A stretch of DNA of 64,000 nt from Marsupella aquatica (Eukaryota; Plantae; Marchantiophyta), in assembly GCA_973895155.1 (NCBI GenBank), contig OZ316894.1:17824563-17888562 (forward strand), in the 5' to 3' direction. Each line of letters opens with the position of its first letter. Position 1 is the stretch's first letter. The notes under the pieces were generated by a model. That model was not told where the DNA came from. It saw nothing but the letters and a program-made list of their open reading frames with translations, and did not search any database. This document shows positions 1 to 13,200 of the stretch, piece by piece. The position numbers and the translations under genes are program-made.

Positions 1-3000
1 TATTTGGCTTCTCATTGGGAAAATTCCTTGGCTTTCTCATTGGGTGAACTCCTCGGTTTCTCATCGGGTGAATATCTTATAGAGGCCCACCTTTCTCATT
101 GGCTGAATTCGGTCTGTATTTGGTCTGTATTTGAATAGCTGATGATAGCTCCCCTGCAATTATGACGTGAAGAGACGATATGTTTGAGAAAAGGACCGTA
201 TAATAGTACGAAAATTCATACTCAATTAATTTGCATCACTCCAAACAGGAGAGCACGGAAACTCAGAAAGTCAGGAAAAAGACTAGAGTAAATTATTTTG
301 CAGCATTTTGTGATCATAAATGAGTTTTTCCTCGAAAATGATGCTCCCATGGACAAAAACCATATAATTGAGATGGACCAATTGTGAATATTCCTTGTCA
401 CGTTGTGAATACAAAAATACATGGGAGCATTTTGGACAAACCTAGAGGTCTATCCAGGCTTCATTTTCGTTTTTCCTCACAAATGTTTTGCTATATTATC
501 ATAATTACTAATCTGAATGCCTGAGGTTATGCTCATAATGATATTGAGTCCATTGTAATCCACCCCAATCGTAGCTGCCCCCGAGTATCTAGGCTATTTT
601 CCTTGGACTCTAGGCACTTATTCTAGCTTTCAATCCCACACTATTAGTAGATATGGTTCTCATCAGAAAGACAATCTCATGAGCTCAGTCACATTTTATT
701 AGGGACCCCATTACTGTAGAGGTCCCTTCCAAAATTCCTGGCACCAGAGTGTGCCATGTCAACAACAACCGTAATAAACAAGACTTATCAATTTTGTGAA
801 TAAAACTTACAGTTTTTATTCGTGTTTGCATTAATTTGGGTGTAAATTTTGGGACGCCATGCCGTAAAAAGAAATGTAAAATTTTTAAAATGCAAAGAGC
901 AAGACGGGTAAAACTATCAAGATGTAAACGTTTTAGTTACGTTTCCAATTTTAAAAATTAAATTCAAAGATTTGAAAATTATTTTTTGTATAATAAACAA
1001 TGACTAATAACTAACTTGATAAACTTCCTTGTTAAAAGGTAACTAGCACATGGAGTAAGATTTCCGGCCTTTTGCAATTCAAGCAAACTGCAATCTATGG
1101 TTGGAACTTGAATTTAATGAATTGGTACAATTCATTTGATCAGACATTGATCTGGTCTGATCTGGCTTCATATGTACTTGCCACGAATTGACTATTGACT
1201 CTCTTAGCTTGAGAATTTGGTTGCATGTAGCAAAAGGCCTGATTTTGACAACTTCTTGTGATTATCATGCTGGTGATTTTGGCCTGCAAAGCAAAGTATT
1301 CATGTGGCAGTTGAAAAAATGTCAAATTGCTCGGGCCATGGTTAAATGGGTCCAAAGTGATTTTGTGAGAAAATCTAATCTAAACAATGCAAGTTGTAAA
1401 ATCTATCATATTTGTCCAACACAACATGACTACCAGGTTCCCTTTTCCATTTTGGTGAATAGTTGCATCAAGGTCATGAGGCTATTAACCTTTAATTCCA
1501 AACTTGCCAAATTCAGATGTGAGTGAAATCTCCAAGATTTCCAATTATTTGAAAGTAAATTGACAAATCGGGCGAGAATAATTCTAAAGAGGACTCAACT
1601 ACTAGAAAGCTTAGGGTTCCTTGTTGAGAAAAGCAGATATCTCAATTGATCTTGAGAAAGTACTCTTCTCAACTCAAATTGAGTGCCCAGGGCACTTCAG
1701 TGGTCAAATATAGTGCCATTTAATTAATTAATAAACTATGCCATTAACTAACTATGCCTTGGGTGTATTAATTAATGTTCTAAAATTAGTGAAAATATCT
1801 CATAGATCTTAAGTGTTTTAATGTATGCTAGCTGAGCATTATGGACCACATTAGCCTCTCAAAACGCAAGCTTAAGGCCCTTATTTTCCTGGTCATTATG
1901 AAGAAGATTGCAAAATCACATATTACTGAGGTAATTAATTTCTCCTATGCTTTCACTAAAATTTGTAAAACTATCTCATCAGAATAATATGTGATACCAT
2001 AGCATTTTGGACCATAATAGCTTCTCACAACTTGAGTTAAAGCTAATATTACATACGTGCATTTTACTCAAACAAGGCCTAAGAAATGTAGCCAGGGGGT
2101 CCACAAACTAATTAAATCGCAACTCCCGGTATGTAAGGACCTCTCGTATTGTACGGCCATTAATGCTTGGAAGGGTGCATAGAAACCCAGGATCAGGGAG
2201 GAGCAATGGCTGGAAACTTGAAAGTTCACTGAATTTTATACTCAAAACTATTTACTCATTTTCAAAATGAAAAATACCTAGTCGTAGATCTCATTGAGAT
2301 CTTTATTTTGCACCCTAGATAGCCTTCTAACATGGATGAATAATATTTCTAGAGGCATTACAAAATGGACGGGAAAGATTGAAAATCAACAAAATCGACG
2401 GCTAGGAAGGCTTGGATTTGTTTTATTTTTCATTTGAAAAATATTAACCCATTTACAAAATGGACAAACCCCATCCATAGATCTCTTTGAGATCTTTCTT
2501 TTGAGCAACTCTTGTATAATCGGCAGGGGTCTACATTTTTATATGGACTAAAAAGTTGGCTATACAAAATAATAAAATTTCAAAAAACCTGGGTTTTCCA
2601 CTTTTTAAAATTTTCAAGTCATGTAAAAGGGTTGGTTTTCTTCCTTTTCCATATGAAATTAAAAAATATTCCTACACATGCTGGAATTTTTATTAAAAGA
2701 TTTTTAAAATTTTAATAAAAATCCTGAAAAGCTGGCTAGTTTGGCTGTAGACCCCTGTATTAAAAAAAACCTATATAATTTGGTTTTGATCAACTTTTAG
2801 TACATCAAAACATGTTTGGTTTTCTTTTTAAGTTACATTTTTGGATTCCTTAAGTTGAGAGGTACAAGATTTTAGAAGACTAAAATAAAATCTAAGATGG
2901 TCAATTGGATATATGGCCATTATAAGGAATTAAAAACTTGCCTTATAAAAGGGGGAGTTGCATACCCGGGAGATTGGCCACTATGATGGACGGACGAGAT

Positions 3001-3330
3001 TTATGGAGACAAAAAATGCTGACGACTCAGATCGACCCTTCCCCCTGAACTTCAAATTTCAAATTCGGCCAATCAGATTGCCCTGTGTGTTTTTTTGTTA
3101 TTTCTCGCAAAATATCCAACCATTTTGCTTGCTTTTTTTCACAGACGTAGATCTCAAGGAGACCTACGATTTGAGCCATAGAGCGGATCTGATGGCTGAG
3201 GGTAAGCACAGCTTTCAATGCAAATCGAACGGCTCAAGGGAGGCGCTGCTGTGCTGCCCGCTGTTTCAAGTGTTGGATGCACTTGAGAATGAGGACTCCG
3301 GGTAACCCGGAGCCCCTTATACCCGTATTT
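1..3330. mobile_element. Non-coding DNA-transposon-like region (subterminal repeats)
   Basis: Short tandem TTTCTCATTGGGTGAA-like units at 1-110; recurring AGATCTC-n-GAGATC motifs (~2285, ~2478, ~3147); AT-rich; no credible ORF; palindrome CTCCGGGTAACCCGGAG near 3296. Family not assignable. Confidence 0.4.
2524..2757. mobile_element. Small MITE-like element with 12-bp TIRs
   Basis: CAGGGGTCTACA (2524-2535) and its exact reverse complement TGTAGACCCCTG (2746-2757) around an AT-rich core; hAT-like termini but no clear TSD. Confidence 0.5.
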
Positions 3331-4959
3331 GCGGTTTAAAGAATTGTGGTTGTAATCATAAAGGCTATCTCAGGACACAAAATCCTACCAAGTTACTAAA
3401 CAAAGTCTCATGAGCCATAACTTTTCTTTTGTAGAGTTGTTTCAAGTTATGGACCGTGGAGCCTCTGTCCAGCCTGGCCTCAAGGGTTATGAGGGTTTAG
3501 CTGGGGGAGGGGGGGGCGGGTAGGATGGATGAAAATATAACCTCCGTGGGTCCGAAGTGTAATTTGAGGACAGAACTTTAGATATTCACTTATTGATTAC
3601 AGACCTCTGTCTTGGTTAGCTTCCCTCTCGCCAAGCATAAGATGTACTCATCTTCTTGTTTTCCTTTATGGTTGTCTATTTGCCTTTGTTAGGTTATCTC
3701 CATTTGTCACTTGTTTCAAACCACAGGTCCAACTTAAATACCATTAATTTGCATCCTAGACCTATGCTTCTCATGCTCATAGGTGCTGATAGATCTAACT
3801 AGCAACCATGACCTCCAACTCACATTTCCAATCTATTCCAATCGAATCAGGAACTACCATTTCTCTCTTCCCGTCACAAAATGACATTCTTAGCTCTGGT
3901 TACTTTATTGCTTTCAATTCGATAAAGAGCATCCAATATACACATCATGGAAATTCCACGCAGCCATTAAAGAGCCTGAAGATTGGACTCGATCTCTGAA
4001 TGAGACTTTGATAATATGAATCGACCCATTGTGCAACAAAGACATAACTGCATTCATTGATCGACGACGCACACGCTAACAACAAAAGAGATGTACAGGT
4101 TCATTGATTGACCCATTTCCAGTCCAGAACAACTCCCTCGTTTTAGCCTAGGACGCTTTGAGATGGGTGGAGATGTAATGATAAGTGATCACCCTGACAT
4201 AGTTCCCACAGTATTGTGAATATCTTTAACGCATACTGGCTGCCAGTTGCCGATTGACTGGATTGTAGAAATTCTTCTGGGAAAGGTGATCGGATGTGTA
4301 ACTAGTGGGTATTGCGACACGAATTCTTCTGCAAGCAGCACGGGGCTACATTCATTTGGCAAAGCACCATTTTAGCATAGCACAGCTGCACAGCAGAGCC
4401 CACTTCTCGAGTTCTATTAATAGCTACCGTATTACTGATTGCTAGATACATGTTGAAGATTTGTTGGAGGATAATTCTCGGACCCAATACTCATCTCGCT
4501 TGGGCCGGTGGAGTTGGGCCAATCTTGGTTCCACACTCACCATCATCGTGTAGCTCTCGTCCCGTTACGTAGTCAAGTCATCTCGTTCACCAACCTCTCG
4601 ACCAGCTGATCGAAGCCTTGTGCGAGTCACTGGGATTGCATCATCGCTTAGGGCACTACGAATTATTACATTACATGCATCTCTGTTTACGGCATGTGCC
4701 GCATAAGCATGTTGTCAGCAGCTGTCGAAGCATCATATATTAATCAGACCAATTCAGTCACGTGCGGGGCTGACCATGGAACGAGCTGCCCAGCGTTCAA
4801 GCCATTCTTTCAAGCCCTTCACTGCACAACTCCTGACCCCGTCACTTGGCCTCGATGTCCTCTAGCTCCATGTACTGTATGATGAACATCACTAAAATTG
4901 CACTGCCCCTCCGGCCGCTTTTGTTGATCTGTCAAATTAATTGAGCATAATTATTTCCA

Positions 4960-5880
4960 TTGTCTCTGGCTGGGGATGAGATTTGAACACAGAAATATTT
5001 TTTTCCTTGAAAGATCCTTAATTTTCAGTCCCATTCAGAATTGAACAGAACGAGTTGTACTGAAGTACTCTTCCGAACACTCAATTCTCTGGTTGGTGGT
5101 GCGATTTGAAGATGTTTCTTGCTTTAGAAAAATAGTTTTCAGTTCCATTCCGAGTTCCATTCACAGCTGATCACTTAGATTCGTACTGATGTACTCCTTC
5201 GATCTCCGAGTCGATCACTCAAACCTGTGGTTGAGTGTGGGATTTGAACAGAAAGATATTATTGCCATGAAAGATCCTGTGATTTCCATTCAGAATTGAA
5301 CACAAAACATTTGTACTGACCGATGTACTCTTTGGATCACTCCATTGTCTGGTTGGGGTGGAGATTTGATACCAACGATAGTTTTGTCTCGAGCGTTCCT
5401 TTTGAGTTCCATTCAGAATTGAACACTATAATTTGTACTGATGTACTCCTACAAACACCGAGTCGATCACTCAATTATCTGGTTGAGAGTGAGATATGAA
5501 CAGAGCGATGTTTTTGCCTTGAGAGATCCTTTCGAGTTCCATTCAGAATTGGACACATTCAAACATTTGTACTGCTGTACTCTTCGAGCACTCAATTTTT
5601 CGGTTGAGATTGAGATTTGGAAACAAACAAACTTTTGCCTTGAAAGATCCGGCGGCTGAGTTCCATTCAGAATTGAACGCGAAGATTTTTACTCAGACGC
5701 GAGATAATTTTGCGTTGAAGGATCCTTTTGAATTCCATTCAGAATAGAGCACAAAGATTTTTTCGTAACTAATCGTTCGACCACTCCATTCTCTGGTCGG
5801 GGGTGAGATTTGAACCCAAAGATATCTTTGCCTTGAAAGTTCCTTAGTTCTGAGTTACATTGAGATTTGAACACTAAGGC
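4960..5880. repeat. Degenerate tandem repeat, ~125-bp unit, about 7 copies
   Basis: Recurring CCATTCAGAATTGAAC (~5031, 5286, 5409, 5540, 5663, 5736), GAGATTTGAAC, GAAAGATCCT and TTGTACTGATGTACTC in constant order. Confidence 0.8.
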
Positions 5881-6139
5881 TTCGACTGATATTCACGTTC
5901 ACGTTTCGCGTGATGAATTTGTTTCGTTGCGGGGGCTGCTATCGTTAAGTTTACCCTTTGAACAACTTCTATGATAGCGTCAGTGTTCATATCCAGTAGA
6001 GTACTGTACTTAGCTCAGCTCAACTCCTCACAGCCCAGATAGGCTGCCCAACTCAGCCCGGCCCGGCCAGTCCCGCGGCCAGTAGACTGTCACAAGCAGT
6101 CAAGCAGATTGTAGCTGTTCGCAATGCCAGGAGTCCCCA

Positions 6140-6660
6140 CCACGTAGTAGAAAATTGGCGACCGGCCTGATTTAAATGCTCATCTGTCTTACAGCAAGTA
6201 TGCTTGTTTTGTGCTACTTCGATTGTCCCTGGTCTTCTATTACTTGTATTGTTGCATGCTTTTCAAGAAATTACTGGTTTAGGATAGTGCACTACATGCA
6301 GCAGCCATGTGCACTAGACTGTTTTTTAATAATTAGTTTTTGGACTGAGCTGATATCCCAGCAGAAAATTGGTGACTGGCCAGCTCGACACGCTCCACTA
6401 CATTGGGCAGGTATTTGTCTGCTGTTGCTTGTATCGTCACACGCTTCTCAGGAAACTAGTAGTCTAAGATGGTGGAGCATGTGGACAGAATTAATTTTTT
6501 GTTCCTAGCCTGATATGTCAAAAGAAATCTGGTGACCAGATCCATAGGCGGCTCGATCTATCCAATAGCAGGTATTGGTCTTCTGTTGCTTCTCTTGTCA
6601 CATGCTTCTCCAGGTTACTTTGTTTTTTAAAGATAGTACTGCATGCGGACTAGACTAGTA
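6140..6660. repeat. Degenerate tandem triplication (~160-210 bp)
   Basis: AGAAAATTGG(C/T)GAC at ~6148 and 6363 plus a variant at 6523, each followed by GCA(A/G)GTAT...TGTTGCTT...GCTTCTC blocks. Confidence 0.6.
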
Positions 6661-7299
6661 TTGCACTGCTAGTCATGAGTTCGTCTTGAAATTAGGGCCA
6701 CTTGACGTATCCCAACATCAATAACAAAATTGAATCCTAATTTCCATTCACAGATGTTTCCTGGCGAGTAAATGATACTACCTCTTTCTTCAGTTCTCCA
6801 AAAGAAAAAGGAGTTACGCCCTCCTAGCTTATCATCCTATATATTACTTCTGATTTAAGTACATTGCATAGTCACACCTCGATCTGGGAGTTTTATTTTA
6901 TTTTTTATAGTAAAAATAGAGGTACAGTTTAACGCCCCGGTCCAAATCTGGACTCTGCATTGTTCACCATAAAGCACTGAAATTTTAAAGAGAAAATTCA
7001 CTACCCTGATTAAATAGTCACGTGGTACCTCCAAAGGTGGCTTCTCACTAAGGTATGTGGTTCACAGTATGCTGCATCCAAAAATGAATATAGGTTCTAG
7101 TATCCTAAGATGCATGTGGACTTCATTCCCAGCAGCAGTGTGAGGCAATATTACTACATAGGGCCTTGCAAAGATATAATCAAAAAAAAAAAAAATCTCA
7201 CAGTTTTCCATCCATTGGTGACAGTACCCACATTGTGACTCTACCTTTTTCTAGGGGTGGTGCATAGGTCCACTTGGTTGACAGACTGCCCCTCAAAAT

Positions 7300-8900
7300 T
7301 AGGTTTGTTCGGGGGTTTGTCATTTCAGCCTAGGGAGTGTGGGATCTGGTCCCACATCCACTCTCTGAATGTTTCACCTTCCCCGTTGGTATCCCCATAG
7401 ACTGAGGGTATCAGGGTAATGGGGATTCATTTTGAAGGGTCAGCCTTTGTGCAGGATTGTTTTGCAGAACATTGACCAGTTGGTGGTCCAAGTTGGTAGT
7501 CTGGCCCTTTGTACACCGCCCATCTAAGTATCTTCTCCAAAGTGTTCCCCCTTCTATGTTTTTGCCAGTACTCTCTTTAGTTGATACCACTATGATGAGG
7601 GTTTAATTTTTGGTACCTTATCTGTCCAAGAGCCCTCCATATAGAAGATGGGTTTTTGCTGCTTGGCAGGCTTCTCTACCCCCATCAGAGAGTGGCAGGG
7701 AGTTTCTTTGGAAATTGCTACTACTCCATGTGGTTTCCTTGGTATTTGAGCATAGGTGGCACCCGTACCAGCTTCTCACTTCATTGTGTGTCTCCACCCA
7801 TCATCTTCAATCAACTTTGTTGAACATGGGAGTTGAGGATGGAGTTTTTCTCTTTCAGGAGAATACAATTCTCACAGGATTTAATCATTTTAGAAAAAAA
7901 GGTTTAATTGTAGAACCAAAAACACTTCTCAGCTTTGTCATGCCCAGTCCCTTTTGCCTGAGGTTGTGGGGCATGCAGGTCTTGCTATTGAGGATGTGGT
8001 TTTGAATAGTCCAGGTCATGTTTAGTATGTGACAAGTTTGCTACCACATGCAACATTACACCCTAACTTTCCAGCATGCTTTCAGATCAGCCACCAGACT
8101 TGGTTCAGCCATGTTTATAAAATCTTGTATGTGTCAGTTTGTGGCCTTCCTGCTAGTCCACTATGGCTCTCCTGCCATATGCATTCTTTCATTTTCATCA
8201 CATCCATGCGCCTTTGACCTTGGCCTATCCTGGCAGGGCCACCCAATGTGTTTGTGGGGCATCTTTGGAGCTGGAAGGACACCCGGAAGGACCTGCCAAC
8301 CAATGTGTTTGTGGGGTGTCTTTGGAGCTGGAAGGAGTCCATGCATATACTTCAGTGTGGTTATTGCAGTGAGAGAACATCATTGAAGTGAGAGAATTGT
8401 GACACACAATGAGATGCATGATGTGGTGGCGGCCATTGCCCATGAGTCAAGAGACCATGGCAATATGGCACAACTAAATGTGCTACCACCCTGGATAGTG
8501 TTCTTGACAGTCAATAGGCTGGTGTTTGGGACCTTGATGATGTAGTTGGTTGCTGATCTTAATGGTGGGAACAATAATGTCAGTTGCAGTTTTTGCCCAT
8601 GTACTGGCCAGGCCATATATATCCCTCAAGTAGGAGGCTTATGCTCTATCTTTGACTGTTTTTGGTGGACCTGTGTGGTCTTTGTGTAGCATGGAGGCCT
8701 TACCCCCAGTTTCTTTTGTAATGGCATTCTTTAGGCAGTGGGTGTCTCTTGCACTACAAAGGGCTCAAGCATCACTATTTTCATAGGGCTGAGGCTGTTG
8801 GTTTTAGGGCCGTAATCAAATCACTTTTTGTGGCTCACCTATGCAGTTTAACCTGGCTAGACCTCTACCAAGCTTTTGAGTTTACCACCCAGTAGGGTTG
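7300..8900 (+). mobile_element. Decayed CRE-clade (restriction-like endonuclease) non-LTR retrotransposon, 3' part
   Basis: Broken frames give EGIRVMG (~7405), ERIVTHNEMHDVVAAIAHES...QLNVLPP (~8390-8490) and MAFFRQWVSLALQRAQA (~8722-8772), matching remembered CRE-type ORF C-terminal motifs; many stops and frameshifts; internal 57-bp-period duplication 8243-8336. Confidence 0.65.
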
Positions 8901-10212
8901 TAGTTTTAAGATATTGTTTTTAAAGTTGTAGTTTGCAACTGTTGAAGACTCTTGGGGTTTGGCTTTTTGGTCTTCCTGGGTTTTTACTTTGTTTCATCCC
9001 CTTCATTGGGTCTCCCATGGGAAGAGTCTCCCATGCCCCTTCATGTTTTTCTCTGTCCTTGCCCCATCACATTTGTGGTTGCCTTTTGCTTGCATTCTTA
9101 TGGTCTAAGAGAGTTAAAGCCAGTTTAATGATCTCTCAGATTGTTCTGGTTCACTCTTGACATACCTACTTGAGCGATATGGCAGATAATGGTCACCATT
9201 ATCTGATAATTATCAGATATAATGGCAGATAATGGTGGGAACAATAATGTCAGTCAGTGAAACTGGTCAGACATTCTAACAAAGATTCGAATTTCCAGAA
9301 GAAAAAAATATTAAGATGGGGGCTTGAGTGGTATATAGTCCTTGCAAGGGAGATTTTTTTTTTTCCATTTTAGTCCCGCTGCAATACATATTTGCTAATC
9401 TTGTTTCCTGGGGGGGGATATCACTCGACTAACTCATTAATATTCTCCTTGATGGTGCAACTCCCTTGTGTCTTGTTTCCTTCCCATATCAAAAACTATA
9501 CTTCTTAGGCTCTCTAAACACCAGCTTTTGTGAGAATGGAATGAAGTTCTCCTAGATCCTGGCCCCTTCCCTTCCCCATTTTGTTTCTCTGACTTTCTTT
9601 GTCCCTGAAAACTTCATATTTCGGAAGGCAACCACTTCAAAAAAAGGTGGGAGTGCTTAGTACAGTTTTTGATATGAGAAAGAACACATGAAAGCAAGGG
9701 GCCAAATATGACAAAAGAAGAAACAGGGTTTTATGATCCAAAAGTGAGTAGGGGACGCAGAACCCAAAAAAGCGTTTACAAGAGACAAACATAGATTTGT
9801 TGAACAAATTGGGAACGTTTCACCATACTCACAGAATCAAGAATTCAAATGTCTCATTTGCCCAGACTTACTCGTGATTTGCTCAAGACCCTTTGAGAAA
9901 CCAAGTGACTGGAATAGTCACCTCCTCGTACCTTAATCCAATTGTCCTGAATACACTCCGTAAGTTATCTGTTACTGACTGGACGGTCTGAACGGTCCAG
10001 TCGCAACCCGACATTAAAATTGACGTGAGTAGCCTAAGTATTTGGGTTCTGGAGCTTTTGTTGCCGCCATTGGTGGCCTCCCCATCTCCCTTGAGCTCCG
10101 TGCGCCTTATTACTTCCTCGTCTTGCAACAAAGTTGTTGCCCGGAAATAATGAAACAGTGTAGCAAAACCAAGACACAACGGTGGTCACAAGATTGGCTT
10201 CAGGGGAAAACA

Positions 10213-13200
10213 TTATCGAGGTGGCCAATCATTCTCTTGGCCTCTAATAGTACCATTTGTCTCTGTAGTCTTCCGAGAAGGAGGCTTGAAGGTTGATGGT
10301 TGGTACGCAAACTTGTTCAGATTTCCTCCCAAAGTTGAGAGACCTTTCGTAGCGATTCTGCAGACCGAGCAAGGGGAAGGATGTTAAAGGGACAGAAGGA
10401 AATATGGCAATGGGGAAGATGTTTAAGGAGGGCAACCACGGTGATTCCTGGACACAGCAGGAGGCGTGACACCGCTTCTGCTCTAAAAATTAGTAACAGG
10501 GAGAATTACTGTCGACTATGGTGGCCAAATCATGAGTAGATATCTGGGGGACTACAGTGGTCTCCAGTCAGAGGTCCATATGAAATTTCTCCAGTGAATT
10601 GAATTGAAGGAAGCATCACGTTTGCAACCGTTCAGATATAAACTTTACTTCGTTCTTAACCTGACGAGATTCAGAGCTATTAGCTAGGATGGAAACCACC
10701 ATCTCAAAAATATTATTGTATACATTCAGCCTCTCGTCTCACATCACCGTCATCTACTAAAGCGAGTAGTACCGAAAGCAAATAGCAAATACGAGTACCT
10801 TACTGGACGGACAGTGTTCTTACCTTGTGGTATTGGTGGAAATGTTGGCCATGGGTGCACGGAGTCCACTAGCTCTTGCGCCACCCTTAGACGACCACCG
10901 AAAACTTTCGATAGTTTCAGCAAATTTGTCAACAGACTTCTGCGCTATATTGGCGAACTGAGCAACATGGGAGACGTTGGTGCAAAACTTTCCCACCTCA
11001 GAAGTACCACCTTTTCGAGGAAGCATAGCAGGCGAAGATAATGGATTCCCTATTCAACCAACACAAAGGATCAGAAGCTAACCTCTGGAGAGCTGGGGAT
11101 TTCTGTGGTAGTCTCCTTCTAGTCCCTGTAAGCTATCTGTTTCAATCATAAGTCACGCTTCAAAACGATAACAATGTGATGAGGTCAGTTACTTACGATT
11201 CTCAAACGAGCAAGAGCTCCGTGCCACAGGTCGCTTCGTCGTATGGATGAACTTGTCAAAATGTCCTTGAGATTGGGATCCTTGACCTGATGGGCCTGCT
11301 TCCTCCAGATTCTCAAAGACAACTTCCCGAAAACCGATCCTGCTCTTCTTCGTCACCTCTATGCCGCAGCTATCAACGTCTTTGAGCTTTGGCTCAATCA
11401 CTCTGAGGCAGTCTCCGTTATGGGGCTCGCTTGATTCACTGCGCATTGGCTGAGAGGGGGAGAAGTAGCCACTTCGTTTAACTGGCGGAGCATCAAAACT
11501 AGTCTTCTTTCTGTCCTTCCCGGAGAAGGTGGCACAGAGGTCTGTTGACGTTGCCGACTCGAAAGGAAATCGGTGAAAAACTGAAGACATTATAGGGTCT
11601 TCGCCATTCAAACCAACAGGGTCCCAAATGTCAATAGGGAGACCTCAGATCATTTAACATGTCCATCTCAAGAATTCCAATCACAAGCTTACACAGGAGT
11701 GCATTGAGACGAAATTGTACTTAAGAGGACTTGAAGTTGCTTGGTATTCCAGATATTTCCATCCGTTACTACTACTACTATGAGAAAACCTTCTGTACAT
11801 GGATACAGTTTAAAGTGGCTCAAAAGACACACACATTCGAACCTAATCGCACTAGTCAAGTATTTAAGCCACATTCTTAATAGCTTCACGGCAACCTAAA
11901 CCAGTAGCATAAATTAGCCACCAACAAGTAATGTACAGTACAACAATGTACAACGTTCTTGCTTCTTGTACATTGGCCACCACACCTTGCAAAAACCCAG
12001 TTCTTCTCCTGCTCCTTTCTTGTGGTTGCAAGCCAGGCACTTTGCTCTGCGTGAACGACAAGAGGTTATCGCGAAAGTCACTGCAAGATTTCTACTTTTC
12101 CCACCTGCTTGAGAAGTCACTGTGATGATAGGAATTGACTCTAGAAACCTTAATTGCAAACCTTACAATAATCCTACACCTGACTATTGAAGAGAGAACA
12201 CAAGACTAAAAGCTCAAAATAACCAACCCCTTAAGTTGGTCTACATAGTTAAAATCGATTCTCTCCAGAGCACCACAGCAGGAAATTTGTTTTCCAACAA
12301 GAACCCTCTCGCACCATTCATACCCCGCCTTTGTACACATGAAGCAATCAAATTTGAGTAGAGTACGTCACGACACTGCTAAAATTGGAGATAGAAACTA
12401 AGAATATATAATAGTGGGGAAAACTATTCCAGAAGCCAATCTGCCAGGATCCCACATCATGTTTCACTCGCTACTCAATTGGCTTCGCCACTTCTTAAAT
12501 TTCTCCATTCTTGATGGTGCTACTTTTCGTTAATGAAAATATTCTCTACAGGCAACTTTGCACTGTAATGAACGATATGTAGAAGCTTCATCACAGCACC
12601 AATCAAGGAAATCCTTTGAAGCAAAAGGAAAATATCTTGGATATTATGCAACCTACGAACGAAATCATCTGAGCAAAATTGTATATTTGTTCACCTGAGC
12701 CTCATTAACGCCTGAAGACCCGTCTTCTTCATTGTCATCAGGCAATGGTGTGCCAAAAATATCCGCCTCAGGGGTGCTTGCAAGATTCCCAGTCTCAGTC
12801 ACAAGGGAGCCTAATGTGTAATTTCCAGGTCGATTTTCACTCTCCTTTTCAGTACAAAAGACCTTTCCGGGAGCCTTGAACTGTTTCTTTGCTTCCACCG
12901 GTTCCGAAACTTTGTGCTGTCAAGGTGGAATCCGGATCGAGAGTGGATAGAACATACAAGGTCGAAAAAGGACAACCCATCTACAGACAATAAGCTCACG
13001 GTAATCCTTCACAGCCTAATGAGACCGGCAATTTCGTTATGACTGGTAGACCACATCCATCTCCTCGAAACTATGTCATTAGATGAGGGATACAGAAATA
13101 GTTCGTCAGCACGTTCTTCTGGGCTGTCAGCTCCACGGGCTTCTTCTCGACAAACTGATAATTCGTGTTAGGATCGTTCTGTCGAGCAGGCTCAGCCGCA

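Noticed and set aside
7349-7359. snRNA USE promoter element GTCCCACATC
   Set aside because: Lies in the retroelement fossil with no correctly spaced TATA box or recognisable snRNA downstream.
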